A stretch of 64,000 nt of DNA from Candidatus Poribacteria bacterium (GTDB taxonomy: Bacteria; Poribacteria; WGA-4E; WGA-3G): positions 800,001 through 864,000 of the forward strand of contig CAXXLX010000001.1 in the NCBI GenBank assembly GCA_963665235.2. Direction: 5' to 3'. This document shows, one piece after another, positions 60,607 to 64,000 of this stretch. Both the position numbers and the translations under genes were made by a program. Within the stretch, counting starts at the first letter, position 1, and each line of letters opens with the position of its first letter. Under the pieces are notes generated by a model. It was not told where the DNA came from. It made no database searches and was given only the letters and a program-made list of their open reading frames with translations.

Positions 60607-61215
60607 ATGGCGTATAGCAATTTTACCTTAGACACGGTAGAGGAAACATTCCAACTTGAAAAGACTGAAACCGCAGGGGTCTTCGCTGGCATTGAACCGG
60701 TAGAGCCGAGCGAGGTCTTTATAATGGAGTTGGAAAAAAGGGTGCCGTTAGCGGTTGCTCTTAAGACAGAGAAAGCGCGGTCGGAATTAATCGTTGTCAA
60801 CGTTCTCGTTGAACTTCGGGAGCACTTTGAGCGGCGCATCAGTTTTTTTTCGGGAATCGACCTCAATGTCGATGCCGAAAACGGGCTAACAGGCGTATGT
60901 GACTTTTTAGTCAGCCTCTCACCGGACCTGCTATATTTGAAGACACCGATTGTCATCATTATTGTTCAGGCGAAAAATGCTGATGCAACAAATGGCTTAG
61001 GGCAGTGTGTCGCGGAGATGCTCGCCGCCCAACGTTTTAACGCAGAAAGAGGCAATGACATTCAACGCGTTTACGGCACTACTACCACCGGCACCGAATG
61101 GCTTTTCCTCAAATTAGAGGGCCAAAAACTCCATATTGATATGATGGGGTATCAGATTACGCAGTGCGACAAAATCCTCGGTATCCTTTCAAGCATGGTC
61201 GAACAAAAGGCATAG
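60607..61215 (+). CDS. PD-(D/E)XK-like protein, tandem copy 1 (E-to-Q at the ExK motif)
   Basis: GVCDFL...VQAK...GLGQCVAEM. Confidence 0.8.
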   Translation: MAYSNFTLDTVEETFQLEKTETAGVFAGIEPVEPSEVFIMELEKRVPLAVALKTEKARSELIVVNVLVELREHFERRISFFSGIDLNVDAENGLTGVCDFLVSLSPDLLYLKTPIVIIIVQAKNADATNGLGQCVAEMLAAQRFNAERGNDIQRVYGTTTTGTEWLFLKLEGQKLHIDMMGYQITQCDKILGILSSMVEQKA

Positions 61216-61264
61216 GGTAGTAGGCACACACCGACGTGCCTTTCACTACGGAGGGACTAAACAG

Positions 61265-61870
61265 ATGGCGTATAGCAATTTTACTTTAGACACGGTAGAG
61301 GAAACATTCCAACTTAAAAGGAATGAAACCGCAGGGGTCTTTGCTGGCATTGAACCGGTGGAGCCGAGTGTAGAGCTCACAAAGGATTTGGTAAAAAAGG
61401 TGCCGTTAGCTATCGCTATCGGAACAGAGAAGGCTCGGTCGGAACTGATTGTTGCCGGCCTTCTTGTTGAACTTCGGGAGCACTTTAAGCGGCGCATCAG
61501 TTTTTTTTCGGGCATCGACCTCAATGTCGATGCCGAAAACGGGTTAACAGGTGTCTGTGATTTTTTAGTTAGCCTCTCACCTAATCAGTTTAGTCTGAAA
61601 GCCCCGGTTATCATCATTGTTGAGGCGAAAAATGCTGACCCGAAAAATGGCTTAGGGCAGTGTGTCGCGGAGATGCTCGCCGCCCAACGTTTTAACGCAG
61701 AAAGAGGCAATGACATTCAACGCGTTTACGGCACTACAACCACTGGCACCGAATGGCTTTTCCTCAAATTAGAGGGCCAAAAACTCCATATTGATATGAT
61801 GGGGTATCAGATTACGCAGTGCGACAAAATCCTCGGTATCCTTTCAAGCATGGTCGAACAAAAGGCATAG
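61265..61870 (+). CDS. PD-(D/E)XK-like protein, tandem copy 2
   Basis: GVCDFL...VEAK...GLGQCVAEM. Confidence 0.82.
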   Translation: MAYSNFTLDTVEETFQLKRNETAGVFAGIEPVEPSVELTKDLVKKVPLAIAIGTEKARSELIVAGLLVELREHFKRRISFFSGIDLNVDAENGLTGVCDFLVSLSPNQFSLKAPVIIIVEAKNADPKNGLGQCVAEMLAAQRFNAERGNDIQRVYGTTTTGTEWLFLKLEGQKLHIDMMGYQITQCDKILGILSSMVEQKA

Positions 61871-61919
61871 GGGAGGAGGCACACACCGGCGTGCCGTTCA
61901 CTACGGAGGGACTAAACAG

Positions 61920-62525
61920 ATGGCGTATAGCAATTTTACCTTAGACACGGTAGAAGAAACATTCCAACTTGAAAAGACTGAAACCGCGGGGGTCTTTGCT
62001 GGCATTGAATTGGTGGAGCCGAGCGAGGCACTTACAAAGGAGTTGCAAAAAAGGGTGCCGTTAGCTGTCGCTATCGGAACAGAAAAAGCGCGGTCGGAAC
62101 TGATTATTGTCAACGTTCTCGTTGAACTCCGGGAACAGTTTGAGCGGCGCATCAGTTTTTTTTCGGGCATCGACCTTAATGTCGATGCCGAAAACGGACT
62201 AACAGGCGTATGTGACTTTTTAGTCAGCCTCTCACCGGACCTTCTATATTTGAAGACACCTGTCATCATCATTGTTGAGGCGAAGAACGCTGACCCGAAA
62301 AATGGGTTAGGGCAGTGTGTCGCAGAGATGCTCGCCGCACAACGTTTTAACGCAGAAAGAGGCAATGACATTCAGCGCGTTTACGGAACTACGACCACTG
62401 GCACGGAGTGGCTTTTCCTCAAATTAGAGGGACAAAAACTCCACATCGATATCAATAGTTATCATATTAGTCAATGTAGCACAATCCTCGGTATCCTTTC
62501 AAGCATGGTCGAACAAAAGGCATAG
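61920..62525 (+). CDS. PD-(D/E)XK-like protein, tandem copy 3
   Basis: Same motifs as copy 2. Confidence 0.82.
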   Translation: MAYSNFTLDTVEETFQLEKTETAGVFAGIELVEPSEALTKELQKRVPLAVAIGTEKARSELIIVNVLVELREQFERRISFFSGIDLNVDAENGLTGVCDFLVSLSPDLLYLKTPVIIIVEAKNADPKNGLGQCVAEMLAAQRFNAERGNDIQRVYGTTTTGTEWLFLKLEGQKLHIDINSYHISQCSTILGILSSMVEQKA

Positions 62526-62617
62526 GAAGGAAAAAATGAAAGATTCGGGATGTGTTCACACGAAAGAATAACACCTAACACGGAATGCTGGCGTTACGAG
62601 AAAGGCAGGTATTTATT

Positions 62618-63325
62618 ATGGGCAATTTTTGTCACGACAAAGGCTGTGAACTTGAAGGGCTCCGCGAACGGCAATCCAAAACACTATGGATTGTGCTTGG
62701 TATTAACGGAGCCATGTTCTGCTTGGAATTGATTATTGGTTTCCTTGCAGGTTCAGTGGCGTTACAAGCCGATTCGCTTGATATGCTGAGCGATACTTTG
62801 GTTTACGGTTTCAGTCTCTATGCAATTGGTAAAAGTAGTCGCTGGCGTGCAGGTTCAGCTATGCTTAAAGGGAGTATTATGGCAATCTTTGGCATCGGCG
62901 TGTTGTTCCAGAGCGGTTATAAGTTCATCGCGGGCGGTACGCCAGAGTCAAATCTCATGTTTTTTATGGGTGCGCTCGCCTTGGTTGCCAACGCGACTTG
63001 TCTGCTTCTTTTAGCGAGACACAAAACAGATGATTTAAATATGCACTCAACGTGGGTGTGTTCTCGCAATGATATTATCGCGAACACAAGCGTACTTTTA
63101 GCAGCAGGCCTCGTTGCTTTTACGCAATCCAAGCTGCCGGACTTAGTAGTGGGTTTACTCATCACAATTATCTTTCTCAAGTCCGCGAGTGCTATTCTGA
63201 GAGCATCGTATAGAGAATTGCGTCAGCCCATCTCACACCCTTCTGAGCCCACTATTCCAAAATTTTTATCCATGTCAGAGCTGTGTGCAGCAGGGACCTG
63301 TCCAGCGAATGCCTGTCACTGTTAA
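62618..63325 (+). CDS. Cation diffusion facilitator (CzcD-like) transporter
   Basis: SVALQADSLDMLSD, NMHSTWVCSRND and PDL motifs; Cys/His tail. Confidence 0.85.
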   Translation: MGNFCHDKGCELEGLRERQSKTLWIVLGINGAMFCLELIIGFLAGSVALQADSLDMLSDTLVYGFSLYAIGKSSRWRAGSAMLKGSIMAIFGIGVLFQSGYKFIAGGTPESNLMFFMGALALVANATCLLLLARHKTDDLNMHSTWVCSRNDIIANTSVLLAAGLVAFTQSKLPDLVVGLLITIIFLKSASAILRASYRELRQPISHPSEPTIPKFLSMSELCAAGTCPANACHC

Positions 63326-63339
63326 GGTTTATGAGATAA

Positions 63340-63880
63340 TACCATTTTTATTAATTATTCTATCATTACCGGTTGTAGAAATAGAAATGGAAACGGAGAA
63401 CGGAAGACCCAAACTGGAAGTTTATGCTACGAAGAAGTGAACTGGAAGTTTTTATGCGAAGAAGTGCCAAACTGGAAGTTTATGCTACGAAGAAGTGCAC
63501 AAACTGGAAGTGCTACCAAACTGGAAGTTTATGCTACAAGAACGATGCCCAAACTGGAAGTTTATGCTACGAAGAACAAACTGGAAGTTTATGCTACGAA
63601 GAAGTGCACAAACTGGAAGTTTATGCTACAAGAACAAACTGGAAGTTTATGCTACGAAGAAGTGCACAAACTGGAAGTTTATGCTACGAAGAAGTGCCCA
63701 AACTGGAAGTTTATGCTACGAAGAAGTGCACAAACTGGAAGTTTATGCTACGAAGAAGTGCCCAAACTGGAAGTTTATGCTACGAAGAAGTGCCCAAACT
63801 GGAAGTTTATGCTACCAAACTGGAAGTTTATGCTACGAAGAAGTGCACAAACTGGAAGTTTATGCTACGATAAAGCACAC
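63340..63880 (+). mobile_element. REP-array MITE family 1, copy I (irregular units, right end missing)
   Basis: TAA|TACCATTT leader; GAAGAAGT-linked units with many indels. Confidence 0.75.
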
Positions 63881-64000
63881 AAAATTGGCTGTTAGTTGTT
63901 AGCAGTTAGCAAGCGTTCTTGATGTGTCAAAAATCTCTGACACGCGTCAAACATTTCTTGCTAATCGCTATTCGCTAATTGCTGGAAGTTTATGCTAATC

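Noticed and set aside
63340-64000. Irregular unit variants as biological diversification
   Set aside because: The dense indels and missing trailer are equally consistent with low-quality consensus; they cannot be judged without reads.

Overview
Bacterial chromosomal window, most consistent with Candidatus Poribacteria (inferred from expanded WD40, LamG, PhyH, Uma2 and SUMF1 families and FlgD-type C-termini). Housekeeping content includes a glycogen cluster (glgB, GT3-like synthase, glgP, glgC), hisB, dtd and solA. The intergenic DNA is dominated by a nested repeat system. An intact REP-associated tyrosine transposase (RAYT) is flanked by inverted REP arrays, and several other REP-like hairpin families occur in long tandem arrays. 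Many of these arrays sit inside MITE-like shells with terminal inverted repeats and target-site duplications. The main shell (TACCATTT...AAATGGTA, TAA/TTA duplication) occurs nine times, always in the same orientation. It splits genes cleanly, and one copy retains colinear scraps of an IS630-like transposase between REP units. A second shell carries two unrelated REP cargos. A single permuted REP unit interrupts a small gene, which hints at unit-circle integration. Other candidates are two duplicated cis-regulatory or ncRNA motifs, a TnpB-less IS605-type remnant, a divergent STT3-like glycosyltransferase locus and a triplicated PD-(D/E)XK gene array. No CRISPR-Cas, rRNA or tRNA was recognised. 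All calls come from reading the sequence; no database searches were run.
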